Positions 13,601 to 25,241 of a stretch of DNA of 64,000 nucleotides are shown here, piece after piece; position 1 is the stretch's first letter; every line of letters begins with the position of its first letter. This DNA comes from Ranitomeya imitator. Its lineage: Eukaryota. The DNA lies in the NCBI RefSeq assembly GCF_032444005.1, contig NC_091289.1, positions 14,446,001-14,510,000 of the forward strand, read 5' to 3'. A program made the position numbers and the translations under genes. The notes below the pieces were generated by a model. It saw only the letters and a program-made list of their open reading frames with translations. It ran no database searches and was not told the DNA's origin.

Positions 13601-16600
13601 TAGGATGCCGGTGGGTAGGATGCGGTTTGCTGTCAGTAGGTAGGTTGCCGGTGGGTAGGATGCAGTTTGCTGTCAGGAAGTAGGATGCCGGTGGGTAGGA
13701 TGCTGTTTACTCTCATACATTGGTTTCTGTTTGTTCACTTACTGATTTCTTGTATTCTGTTTAGCTGACCTGGTTGGTGACATTTGCTGCCACAATCCTG
13801 TTCAATATGGACATTGGTCTGGCCATCTCTGTCGCATTTTCCTTGCTGACTGTTATTTTCAGGACGCAGCTGTGAGTAGTCTATAATAAGCCTCAGTGCC
13901 CACATGGTGCCTGTATGCTTGCCGTAATACTGTCATAACCGCTGCCCGTGGCCACCACCAGGGGGATCTCCTCAGTGTGTGCAGTTATATAGCTTCCAGT
14001 CAGTTCTATGCTAGCTGTATAAATAACATGTAGTGAGCTCCCCCTAGTGGTGGCTGTATAAATAATATGTAGTGAGCTCCACCTAGTGGTGGCTGTATAA
14101 ATAATATGTAATGAGTTTCCTTTAGTGGCGGCTGTATAAATATGTAGTGACTCCCTCCCATGGTGGTGGTTGTATAAATAATATGTAATAAGCTCCCCCT
14201 AGTGGTGGCTGTAAAAATATGTAATGATTCCCCCCCCTTAGTGGTGGCAGTATAAATAACATGTAATGAACTCCCCTAGTGTTGTCTGTATAAATCTGTA
14301 TGTTGAGCGCCCCTTAGTGGTGGCTGTATAAATCTGTATTTAGTGAGATCCTCATAGTAGTGGTAGTATAAATCCCTATGTTGTGAGCTCTCCCTAGTTG
14401 AAGCTTTATACATCTGTATACACTAAGCTCCCCTTACTGGTGGCTGTATAAATAATATGGAATTAATTCCCTCTCGTGGTGGATGTATATATCTGTATGT
14501 ATGCAATGAGCTTCCCCTCATGGTTGCTGTATAAATCATATGGAGTGAGCTCTCCCTAGTGGTGGCTGCATTTATCTGCATGCACTGAGCTGTATAAATA
14601 TGCATAAATTATGTGCAATGAGCTCCCCCTATTGGTGGCTGTATAAATCTGTATGTAGTGAGCTCCCCCTATTGGTGGCTGTATAAATCTGTATGTAGTG
14701 AGCTCCCCCTATTGGTGGCTGTATAAATCTGTATGTAGTGAGCTCCCCCTATTGGTGGCTGTATAAATCTGTATGTAGTGTGCTCCCTCTAGTGGTGGCT
14801 GCATATGCAGTGAGCGCCCCCTAGTGGTGGCTGCATACAGAAAGAATGATAGCATGAGAAAACAGAGTTCCCCCTATAGAGATGTATAATAAAATGAAAT
14901 AAATAAATGCTGGATAAAAGCTTTGTGTGAAATGCTCAGTAGGAGGAGCAGAGACCATTCGACGTTTTGCTACATGGTCGGTCTGTTATTGATCTCTCAT
15001 CAGAGGTGAAATCTTTGCCATTTCAGATCCAATTATTCGGTCCTGGGCCAAGTATATGAAACGAGTGTTTACAGAGATGTGTCGAGATGTCATCAGGTAT
15101 AAAATACTAACAATACTCTTTGCTTTCCTGCTTACTGACGGTGTCCGCGTACGATCAGATGTTACAGCAAATGATGATGGATCATAAAGTTATGTCCTTT
15201 TTTACATGGATTTCTGGTGTGCCAGGCTGTACTAAAGAGACCAACTTACAAGCACGGGCTCCTTCTGGGCACTGGACCTTGGAAACAAGTTGTAAACTAT
15301 AGAATTAAAAATGCCTCCATTCAAGAGAACAGGGAGGATTTTTAATAAGCAAAGTTGCTTATTTTTACAAGAATTTTGCAATCTTTGACCAAACTTAAGA
15401 AGCGACCCCCCATATATGTCAATCACCCCCACAGTCCATTTACAGCAGCCTCCCAGTACCGAGATCCGTCAACAGAGGCTTGTTAACCCTTTCCTTGCAG
15501 CAAAGGGAGATTCCAGTCACTGGTAATTAGTGAGGGATCTTGATTTCATACATATATAGCACGGCCGTCTGTAGACTGTTATTATTTATACATTTCCATA
15601 TTCCAGGCCAAGGAGATACCAAGGATAAAAATCTTCCACTCGTCCTCCACGGTCTATTATGCCAACGCAGACCAGTATCTAGAGACGCTCTGCCAGAAGG
15701 TAAAAGTACAGGGACATTTTCAAGTTTAATGTCCATAAAACGGATCAAAAACTTTTGCAACTTTATAATAAACTTTTGTTTGAATTTTCCTTTTGTTATA
15801 TAATATGTATTTGCTGTCAGTGAATGGCAACACTACTTACATCCAGTGAATGGTATCCCTGCCCTGTCCAATTGACGCAGGTGCAGGACTTGTCACGTGG
15901 TCAAAAATGGCGCAATACAGCGTTGTGGTTTTATGCAAACGGCGTGTACAAGCAAAACGCCATGAAATAATGTTTTACACCTCTATAAACCACATGGCCA
16001 AAACCTGCGGCACATTACCTGCTCGTGTGAATCGTCCATTGGAAATGATCAGATGAACGTTCAGTTGTGTGTAATTGGGTGCGTGTAGCTCTATGTCCTC
16101 ATCGACACCGTGGGGGCAGCAGCTGCTAAAAATGGATGAGATTAATGCAGGTCCATGTGGAAAATCAGAGTGTAGCACATTGCTACTAGGTGCCCGGGCG
16201 CTATATACATTGCTGCTAGGTGCACGGGCACTATATACATTGCTGCTAGGTGCACGGGCACTATATACATTGCTGCTAGGTGCAGGGGCACTATATACAT
16301 TGCTGCTAGGTGCCCGGGCGCTATATACATTGCTGCTAGGTGCCCGGGCGCTATATACATTGCTGCTAGGAGCACGGGCACTATATACATTGCTGCTAGG
16401 TGCCCGGGCACTATATACATTGCTGCTAGGTGCCCGGGCGCTATATACATTGCTGCTAGGTGCCCGGGCGCTATATACATTGCTGCTAGGTGCACGGGCG
16501 CTATATACATTGCTGCTAGGTGCACGGGCGCTATATACATTGCTGCTAGGTGCACGGGCACTATATACATTGCTGCTAGGAGCACGGGCACTATATACAT

Positions 16601-19600
16601 TGCTGCTAGGTGCCCGGGCACTATATACATTGCTGCTAGGTGCCCGGGCACTATATACATTGCTGCTAGGTGCACGGGCGCTATATACATTGCTGCTAGG
16701 TGCACGGGCGCTATATACATTGCTGCTAGGTGCCCGGGCCCTATATACATTGCTGCTAGGAGCACGGGCACTATATACATTGCTGCTAGGTGCCCGGGCA
16801 CTATATACATTGCTGCTAGGTGCCCGGGCACTATATACATTGCTGCTAGGTGCACGGGCGCTATATACATTGCTGCTAGGTGCACGGGCGCTATATACAT
16901 TGCTGCTAGGTGCCCGGGCGCTATATACATTGCTGCTAGGAGCACGGGCACTATATACATTGCTGCTAGGTGCCCGGGCGCTATATACATTGCTGCTAGG
17001 TGCCCGGGCGCTATATACATTGCTGCTAGGTGCCCGGGCGCTATATACATTGCTGCTAGGTGCCCGGGCGCTATATACATTGCTGCTAGGTGCCCGGGCG
17101 CTATATACATTGCTGCTAGGTGCCCGGGCGCTATATACATTGCTGCTAGGTGCCCGGGCGCTATATACATTGCTGCTAGGTGCCCGGGCACTATATACAT
17201 TGCTGCTAGGTGCACGGGCGCTATATACATTGCTGCTAGGTGCACGGGCGCTATATACATTGCTGCTAGGTGCCCGGTCGCTATATACATTGCTGCTAGG
17301 TGCCCGGGCGCTATATACATTGCTGCAGAACTGGCTGATTGGCGCACTACCTCTTTGTGTATGGACACTGTATATTGTAGCATGTACTAATGAATGGGCT
17401 AATGAATAGGTGAGGCACACGGCTGATCTCTGTGTCCATATCTCCTATATAGTGCGGAGTAGACGTGGAAAAGATGATCGAGAAGAAGAGAAAAGCGATA
17501 AAGAAAAAAATTAAAAGGGCACTTAAAGCAATGAAAAAAGTCAAGAAGGAGAATGCGGCCAGCAAGGAGGTGAGGATGTGACTATTCCCGCAGGGCGTTC
17601 CTTTCACTCCCAGTATCAATGAGATATACAGATATGCCGTCACATTGAGAGATGGAATGCCCCTTTAAGGGGGTGTCTTCGGCAAGAATCTGACCAGTTT
17701 ACCCATGCAGTGGCACTATTGCTGCACGACAGCTGCATAAAATTCACTAAAAACTGCAAATTTCTATTTTCTGGTAAATATGACATCTTCTCTTACCATA
17801 AACCTGTTACATCGTCTGTCTCGTAGATCACAGGACATGACAACATCGCCTTTGACCGCCTGGATCTTGGAAAACTGGAATATGAGATAGAAAAGGTAAC
17901 TTTGTTAATTTTGCTTTCATTTACGCTCATTATAATGCAAAGTAAAATGTCGCACTTTGCACAGCTGCATGCTGGGAGTTGTAGTTTTACAATGATGTAA
18001 ATAAGGTCAGCAACGTCTTAGAATAAATCAGTGATTGTATCTCTCAATAGCACAAGGAGCAGGATATGACTGAGGGATCCATCATAGTTGTACCGGGCCA
18101 TGCTTCCAATGAAGAGACCTCTGCAAAGAACACCCTGAAGTCGCTGGGGCTGGAGAAACCCGATTTTGACTCATTAATATTGGATTTATCTTCGGTTAAT
18201 TTTGTGGACACCGTCTGTGTCAGCATTTTAAGAAAAGTATGTTTATTGAATTTATTTATTTTTTTTAAATTGGGTTTTACTATACAGTGAGAGGGGCTGC
18301 CGGGGTTGGTGGTGGTCTTTTCTATCTCAATGAGAGCAAAGAGTTGTCCGATGTCATCTCAATCCCTTTCTAACAATATGTACGGTAAGTCCTGTAGGAT
18401 CCAGGAGAGTCCTGAAAAAAATGTAGCAAATAGAATAAGGTTCTGATAAACATAAAAATAAAACCTGAAAACTGTATTAATACAGTCCAGAATTGGCATA
18501 AGACCTGACAACCTGATCTACATGGCCCAGAGCAGGATCTGACAACCTGATCTACATGGCCCAGAGCAGGATCTGACAACCTGATCTACATGGCCCAGAG
18601 CAGGATCTGACAACCTGATCTACATGGCCCAGAGCAGGATCTGACAACCTGATCTACATGGCCCAGAGCAGGACCTGACAACTTTATCTACATGGCCCAG
18701 AGCAGGACCTGACAACCTTATCTACATGGCCCAGAGCAGGACCTGACAACTTTATCTACATGGCCCAGAGCAGGATCTGACAACTTTATCTACATGGCCC
18801 AGAGCAGGACCTGACAACCTTATCTACATGGCCCAGAGCAGGACCTGACAACCTTATCTACATGGCCCAGAGCAGGACCTGACAACCTTATCTACATGGC
18901 CCAGAGCAGGACCTGACAACCTGATCTACATGGCCCAGAGCAGGATCTGACAACCTGATCTACATGGCCCAGAGCAGGACCTGACAACTTTATCTACATG
19001 GCCCAGAGCAGGACCTGACAACCTTATCTACATGGCCCAGAGCAGGACCTGACAACTTTATCTACATGGCCCAGAGCAGGACCTGACAACCTTATCTACA
19101 TGGCCCAGAGCAGGATCTGACAACCTGATCTACATGGCCCAGAGCAGGACCTGACAACTTTATCTACATGGCCCAGAGCAGGATCTGACAACCTTATCTA
19201 CATGGCCCAGAGCAGGACCTGACAACCTTATCTACATGGCCCAGAGCAGGACCTGACAACCTTATCTACATGGCCCAGAGCAGGACCTGACAACCTTATC
19301 TACATGGCCCAGAGCAGGACCTGACAACCTGATCTACATGGCCCAGAGCAGGACCTGACAACTTTATCTACATGGCCCAGAGCAGGACCTGACAACCTTA
19401 TCTACATGGCCCAGAGCAGGACCTGACAACCTTATCTACATGGCCCAGAGCAGGACCTGACAACTTTATCTACATGGCCCAGAGCAGGACCTGACAACCT
19501 TATCTACATGGCCCAGAGCAGGATCTGACAACCTGATCTACATGGCCCAGAGCAGGACCTGACAACTTTATCTACATGGCCCAGAGCAGGATCTGACAAC

Positions 19601-21452
19601 CTTATCTACATGGCCCAGAGCAGGACCTGACAACCTTATCTACATGGCCCAGAGCAGGACCTGACAACCTTATCTACATGGCCCAGAGCAGGACCTGACA
19701 ACCTTATCTACATGGCCCAGAGCAGGACCTGACAACTTTATCTACATGGCCCAGAGCAGGACCTGACAACCTTATCTACATGGCCCAGAGCAGGACCTGA
19801 CAACCTTATCTACATGGCCCAGAGCAGGACCTGACAACCTGATCTACAAGGCCCAGAGCAGGACCTGACAACCTGATCTACATGGCCCAGAGCAGGACCT
19901 GACAACCTGATCTACAAGGCCCAGAGCAGGATCTGACAACCTGATCTACAAGGCCCAGAGCAGGACCTGACAACCTTATCTACATGGCCCAGAGCAGGAC
20001 CTGACAACTTTATCTACATGGCCCAGAGCAGGACCTGACAACCTGATCTACATGGCCCAGAGCAGGACCTGGCAACCTTATCTACATGGCCCAGAGCAGG
20101 ACCTGACAACTTTATCTACATGGCCCAGAGCAGGACCTGACAACCTGATCTACATGGCCCAGAGCAGGACCTGGCAACCTTATCTACATGGCCCAGAGCA
20201 GGATCTGGCAACCTTATCTACATGGCCCAGAGCAGGACCTGACAACTTTATCTACATGGCCCAGAGCAGGACCTGACAACCTTATCTACATGGCCCAGAG
20301 CAGGACCTGACAACTTTATCTACATGGCCCAGAGCAGGACCTGGCAACCTTATCTACATGGCCCAGAGCAGGACCTGACAACCTTATCTACATGGCCCAG
20401 AGCAGGACCTGACAACTTTATCTACATGGCCTAGAGCAGGACCGGGCAACCTTATCTACATGGCCCAGAGCAGGACCTGACAACCTGATCTACATGGCCC
20501 AGAGCAGGACATGACCATATTCACATCATCCTGACAACTCTACTCACAGAATTCAGTATAAAGATAAAACTGGAAACTTTATTAACACAAGCAGAATCAC
20601 TGACCACCTAACCCTCAGCCATATTACAGACCCTTAATCCCCACTACTTTGGGAGATGAACAAAGTAGATTTATGTTAATGATTTAGAAAATCATCTTTC
20701 AACTTCCATAAATATATAGATTTAATTTATATCTTTTTCAGATCTTCAAAAACTTTGCAGAGATTGAAGTGGACGTCTACCTGGCCTGCTGCAATGGTAA
20801 AGGCATAATAATAATAATAATAATAATAATTTAATTTGCACTTTACAAATCTGATGATGTGGTGGTCATGGGTGTCAGTGATGGAGGGGATGCATCACTG
20901 AGAAACTGTACAGATAAGTAATTTGGGGGTCTGGAAAAGTCGGGAGGAAATCTTTATGGTTCCTATTTCTAAATTAAATGTTTATTCCATCAGCGACGGT
21001 GATGAAGGGACTGGAGGACGGGAACCTATTTAATGAAAATTTCACCAAGTTTCAAATCTTCCCCTCTATCCACGACGCCGTTACTTATCTCACGATGGAC
21101 CACAATCAGATTTCCATTCATGAAGAAAACGTGAGTGAGGGAAGGGGGCTTCAACTGGTCTGTACATAATAATAATTTTATTTATATAGCGCCAACATAG
21201 ACTGCACAGAGTGTCTGTTGTCTGTTACCATAACGACACATAGGTCTACATAGGACCTGTATGCACAAAACAGTAGTGATATTGGCCAAATTGCTTCTTT
21301 GTTTAAATTCTGAATGTAATGGTTACAAAAGTCTACATACCCTGTTTGTTAGAATCATGTGCGCTCACCCTGTGGGGTCTAACGATTAATATCATAATTA
21401 TTGTTATTAATCACCCTCTTTCTTACAGAGAGCTCCAGATACAAGACTATAA
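1627..21452 (+). CDS. slc26a6: SLC26A6-like chloride/bicarbonate/oxalate anion exchanger (SulP transmembrane domain plus STAS), 755 aa
   Basis: Coding exons, all GT-AG and phase-consistent: 1627-1629, 2592-2743, 3556-3695, 3774-3884, 4020-4186, 7299-7463, 7594-7746, 9458-9540, 9822-9969, 10728-10841, 11078-11155, 11450-11545, 13765-13871, 15027-15096, 15607-15699, 17453-17569, 17827-17895, 18051-18236, 20742-20796, 20994-21130, 21429-21452 (2268 nt). Motifs [57 protein letters not shown] and [17 protein letters not shown]; C-terminus DTRL. Orthologue versus paralogue is unresolved. Confidence 0.92.
2969..3279. mobile_element. Hairpin insertion with 14-bp TSD (probably Penelope-like retroelement derived)
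   Basis: Direct repeat AAGTGTAGGAACCC at 2955-2968 and 3280-3293. Inverted arms about 3071-3167 and 3187-3281. Confidence 0.6.
4838..7200. repeat. Minisatellite, 81/84/86-bp units, about 28 copies, SLC26A6 intron
   Basis: Unit CATTACTGATCCTGAGTTACATCCTGTATTATACCCCAGAGCTGCACTCACTATTCTGCTGGTGCAGTCACTGTGTACATA repeated head to tail. Confidence 0.97.
8321..8600 (-). mobile_element. tRNA-derived V-SINE-like element
   Basis: Minus strand has a tRNA-like head (CACGGTGGCTCAGTGGTTAGCACT...GGGTTCTAATCCC), a central GTTTGTATGTTCTCCCCGTGTTTGCGTGGGTTTCCTCCGG domain and an (ATT)n tail. Near-identical copy at 34781-35058. Confidence 0.85.
11824..12018. mobile_element. PIF/Harbinger-like MITE
   Basis: Long imperfect terminal inverted repeats (TIRs) GGCCACGTTCACACGTTTAGTATTTGGTCAGTATTTT; TAA on both flanks. 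Confidence 0.7.
12072..13710. repeat. G-rich compound minisatellite of 15-bp and 25-bp modules
   Basis: Module A GTAGGATGCCGGTGG and module B GTAGGATGCTGTTTGCTGTCAGCAG, mostly alternating as a 40-bp unit. Confidence 0.95.
14010..14836. repeat. Degenerate ~40-bp tandem array containing CTCF-like motifs
   Basis: About 20 copies of GAGCTCCCCCTAGTGGTGGCTGTATAAAT...; exact 40-bp periodicity at about 14620-14780. Confidence 0.9.
16177..17326. repeat. Homogeneous 30-bp minisatellite, about 38 copies
   Basis: Unit CTATATACATTGCTGCTAGGTGCCCGGGCG; source of the spurious 413-481 aa ORFs. Confidence 0.98.
18502..20510. repeat. 34-bp minisatellite, about 59 copies
   Basis: Unit GCCCAGAGCAGGACCTGACAACCTTATCTACATG. 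Confidence 0.98.
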
Positions 21453-21644
21453 TCCATACGCCTGATGAATGAAGCGAGCACTGTGTGTTTTCAGCCTACA
21501 ATCCACAATGGTTCAGTCTTCTACAGATAATAATTGTTCATTAATACATGTTTGTGATATCGCTGGACAAGACTATTGTGTATATTGGGCGTGTATGTAC
21601 AGTATATGGTCGTATGTCATGATGATGAAATGTATAGATCTGTA

Positions 21645-21650
21645 AATAAA
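21645..21650 (+). terminator. Polyadenylation signal of the SLC26A6-like gene
   Basis: AATAAA about 190 nt after the stop codon, followed by T-rich sequence. Confidence 0.6.
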
Positions 21651-21977
21651 GTCTGTTCTTTCATTCTTACTCCCGGTTACTGTTTTATGTTCTAATTTTC
21701 TGATGCTGCAGTTAGAAGATCTGGGGCCTCGCCACCAACATTACGACTTAACAGGAGCTTCTCTTCCATTATGAGTATTTATGGCTTTGTATTAAGCTTA
21801 AAAATATAAGATTGAATTGGTGCCCATCAAAGGCTTTGCTAGCGGGCAGCTCAGGAGGAGAAACATCTGAGTGGGCCCCTAACTAGTAATCCAGTATTCT
21901 GCACGCCTATTGTCCTCCTTACAGTATATTACACTCCCCATAGGCCTCCATACAGTATTCTACACTTCCCATATATA

Positions 21978-23096
21978 GAAGAATACCGACCACCAGAGAC
22001 ATAGACCGCCTACCAAGAAATTAGTGGCACGGATATACAAATCAATCTCAAGGCTCCTAAAGGGACTTCACATAAAGTACTAAGTAACTACAGTGAAAAA
22101 TAAACTGAGTAACACAGGTGAATAAATAAAAGGACTGTGTAACTATAAAAAATAGGGGTTAAAGCAGTATATATTACCCAAAATGCAGGTGCAAACAGTG
22201 CAATGTGCAATATGCATAGGAGAGCCAAAAAAGTGCTATGTGCTAATGATACAAAGTACAATGGTACTTTAGGAGGAATAGAGGGAATGCCAATACCTTA
22301 AATGGTGCCACCGATCCAAACAATGCGCACCCTGACGCGCGTTTCGGATTTCCAAATCCTTCCCCCTGACGAAGGATTTGGAAATCCGAAACACGCGTCG
22401 GGGTGCGCATTGTTTGGATCGGTGGCACCATTTAAGGTATTGGCATTCCCTCTATTCCTCCTAAAGTACCATTGTACTTTGTATCATTAGCACATAGCAC
22501 TTTTTTGGCTCTCCTTTGCATATTGCACATTGCACTGTTTGCACCTGCATTTTGGGTAATATATACTGCTTTAACCCCTATTTTTTATAGTTACACAGTC
22601 CTTTTATTTATTCACCTGTGTTACTCAGTTTATTTTTCACTGTAGTTACTTAGTACTTTATGTGAAGTCCCTTTAGGAGCCTTGAGATTGATTCTCCCTT
22701 TTATGCTACACCCCATGCCAATCCTGGCTTTTATATATTGGTGATCATTTTATATACATATTTGTCACCTACTGTATTATTGTTTTTATCGTCCAACATG
22801 TGCACATGTAACTATTATGTTGTTACCATTTTCAAATTAATAAAGTAATATTCTACATAACGTATATCCGTGCCACTAATTTCTTGGTAGGCGGTCTATG
22901 TCTCTGGTGGTTGGTATTCTTCTATCTATGTGAGTGGCTTCCACTCAATCCTTTTGTTATCACTGGGGTTCACCTTAAAAGGTACATACACGTTTATGTG
23001 CGTGTATGTGTACATATATGTGTATATACATATGTACATGTGGGTGATGGTACATGAAAATTATCCTACCCTTTAAGTGTTAACAACTTTGTTTCT
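21978..23096. mobile_element. Penelope-like retroelement fragment inserted as a long palindrome
   Basis: Arms 21975-22362 and 22371-22925; the right arm has an extra 168 bp at 22694-22861. Flanking direct repeat ACTTCCCATATATA at 21964-21977 and 23097-23110. Hammerhead motif at the apex. Confidence 0.7.
22362..22403 (+). ncRNA. Minimal type I hammerhead ribozyme motif
   Basis: CCCC-CTGACGA-A-GGATT(TGGA)AATCC-GAAAC-ACGC-GTC^GGGG: intact CUGANGA and GAAA cores, 5-bp stem II, 4-bp stem I, minimal stem III and a GUC cleavage triplet ending at 22399. Confidence 0.75.
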
Positions 23097-23219
23097 ACTT
23101 CCCATATATACTAGACTCCCCGTTGTCTCCCACACGGTATACTGCACTCCCCATAGTCCTCCATACAGTATGCTGCACTCTCCATAGTCCTCCATACAGT
23201 ATACTGAACTCCCCATAGT

Positions 23220-23517
23220 CCTGAAGACACAAAAGAGAATAGTAAAACCAAAAACACTCAGTTTGAAAAAATGTTGCAGTAATCCGCAAGTGCTAGTAAA
23301 AGATGTAAAAAACAGGGTATTTGGTTGATACGTTTTTTGCAAAAAATGTATACTAAGCTGCTCTACCAATCTTCACGGTATACCCTTATCAGAGCAGTCC
23401 TAACTAATGTATGCAATCCCTATCTGATGTATTTAAAAACCTGATCATCTGTATATCTGGTTATATCTGGTCAAACTGAGTGTTTTTGGTTTTACTATTC
23501 TCTTTTGTGTCTTCAGG
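23220..23517. repeat. Inverted-repeat insertion inside the 31-bp minisatellite
   Basis: 47-bp arms CCTGAAGACACAAAAGAGAATAGTAAAACCAAAAACACTCAGTTTGA and its reverse complement. Confidence 0.75.
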
Positions 23518-23604
23518 TTTCTTGGTGGTGTGTGAACATGATCATACAGACTTGTTCACTGTGCAAGTAGCCCATGTGTTCCTGTTTCCACTTCCCATAC
23601 TCCG

Positions 23605-24232
23605 CAATACAGTATACTGCACTCCCCATATATACTGGACTCCCCGTTGTCTCCCACACGGTATACTGCACTCCCCATAGTCCTCCATACAGTATGCTGC
23701 ACTCCCCATATTCCTCCATACAGTATACTGCACTCCCCATAGTCCTCCATACAGTATACTGCACTCCCCATAGTCCTCCATACAGTATACTGCACTCCCC
23801 ATAGTCCTCCATACAGTATGCTGCACTCCCCATAGTCCTCCATACAGTATGCTGCACTCCCCATAGTCCTCCATACAGTATGCTGCACTCCCCATAGTCC
23901 TCCATACAGTATGCTGCACTCCCCATAGTCCTCCATACAGTATGCTGCACTCCCCATAGTCCTCCATACAGTATGCTGCACTCCCCTAGTCCTCCATACA
24001 GTATGCTGCACTCCCCATAGTCCTCCATACAGTATGCTGCACTCCCCATAGTCCTCCATACAGTATGCTGCACTCCCCATAGTCCTCCATACAGTATGCT
24101 GCACTCCCCATAGTCCTCCATACAGTATACTGGACTCCCCATAGTCCTCCATACAGCATACTGGACTTCCCGTAGTCTCCCACATGGTATACTGCACTCC
24201 CCATAGGCCTCCATACAGTATACTGTATCAAC
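23605..24232. repeat. 31-bp minisatellite (related units also at about 21920-21977 and 23097-23220)
   Basis: Unit ACTCCCCATAGTCCTCCATACAGTATGCTGC. Confidence 0.95.
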
Positions 24233-24255
24233 GCTGTGCATGCTGATACAGTTAA

Positions 24256-24617
24256 AGGGGTTGTCCAGTCAAAACCGATAGGTCTGCAGTCACGCTATGT
24301 GACTACAGAGTTATGAATCTCCCCCCAGCGCATGCACTGTGGGGATTTGCCAGTTTCAGACCCAGGACCCTAGGGTATGTATGAGTTATGGGTGTGGCCT
24401 AGCTCCATACACTTCTATTGAGCCAAGGCTGCGCCCCATCTAGTAATGTGGATGTCTAGTAGAAGTGGTCGAATAAAGGGCGTGGCCTTACTCCATACAA
24501 GTGTATGGAGAGCGAGGCCGCACCCACGAGCTGTGAGGTATAACACATACATACCCTCCGATCTCAGGTCTGAAAAAGAGTGACTGCAGGATTATCTGTT
24601 TTGACTGGACAACCCCT
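24256..24617. mobile_element. T2/Kolobok-like MITE
   Basis: TIR AGGGGTTGTCCAGTCAAAAC; TTAA on both flanks. Confidence 0.8.
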
Positions 24618-24816
24618 TTAAGGATATGTGCCCATACACAGAAGTGCAAGGCTGGCTGACCCTCCTAGTAGGATGTGATGACAAATCTTTACACAAGAGG
24701 GTTTCTCCATTCTTTTTTTTGCACACTTTTAAAACTGGTTCTATATTTTTCAGTTTGGCATTTTGCGTTACGTTTTTTTTTCCTGGCAGGAACAATGTCC
24801 AAAACTGCTTCGATAA

Positions 24817-25122
24817 GGCTACGTTCAGATTAGCGTTTCCCGACTCTGCGTCGGGAAACGCAGCGACGACGCACGCGTCATGCGCCCCTATGTTTTACAT
24901 GGGGGACGCATGCGTTTTTCTTGTTGCGTTTTCCGACACGTGCGTCGTTTTTGACGCTAGCGTCGGACGCAAGAAAATGCAACAAGTTGCATTTTTCTTG
25001 CGTCCGATTTCGGCAAAAAAACGACGCACGCGTCGCAAAACGCAGCGTTTTTGCATGCGTTTGCGCGCGTTTTTTCGTGCGTCGCCGACGCAGCGGCGCG
25101 CAACGCTAATCTGAACGTAGCC
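24817..25122. mobile_element. PIF/Harbinger-like MITE
   Basis: TIR GGCTACGTTCAGATTAGCGTT; TAA duplication on both flanks. Confidence 0.8.
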
Positions 25123-25177
25123 TAAGTGGCATATCAATGGTTGGATGTGTCCCAAAAACTGTGGTGGATAGCAACCC

Positions 25178-25180
<3 letters not shown>

Positions 25181-25230
<50 letters not shown>
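25181..25230. repeat. (AT)n microsatellite
   Basis: Uninterrupted AT dinucleotide run. Confidence 0.95.

Positions 25231-25241
<11 letters not shown>

Noticed and set aside
15975-17420. Three overlapping 413-481 aa repetitive ORFs
   Set aside because: A 30-bp unit lacks stops in several frames by chance; it lies inside an SLC26A6 intron.
18502-20510. CRISPR-like regular array of 34-bp units (also the 30-, 35- and 38-bp arrays)
   Set aside because: Units are head to tail with no unique spacers, there are no cas genes, and the context is vertebrate.
22694-22861. Segment missing from one palindrome arm that reads GT...AG on the minus strand
   Set aside because: Weak donor, purine-rich acceptor and a junction off by one base; a template jump or deletion is more likely than a spliced intron.
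23480-24241. Repetitive ORFs (MEDYGECSILYGG...)
   Set aside because: Products of the 31-bp minisatellite.
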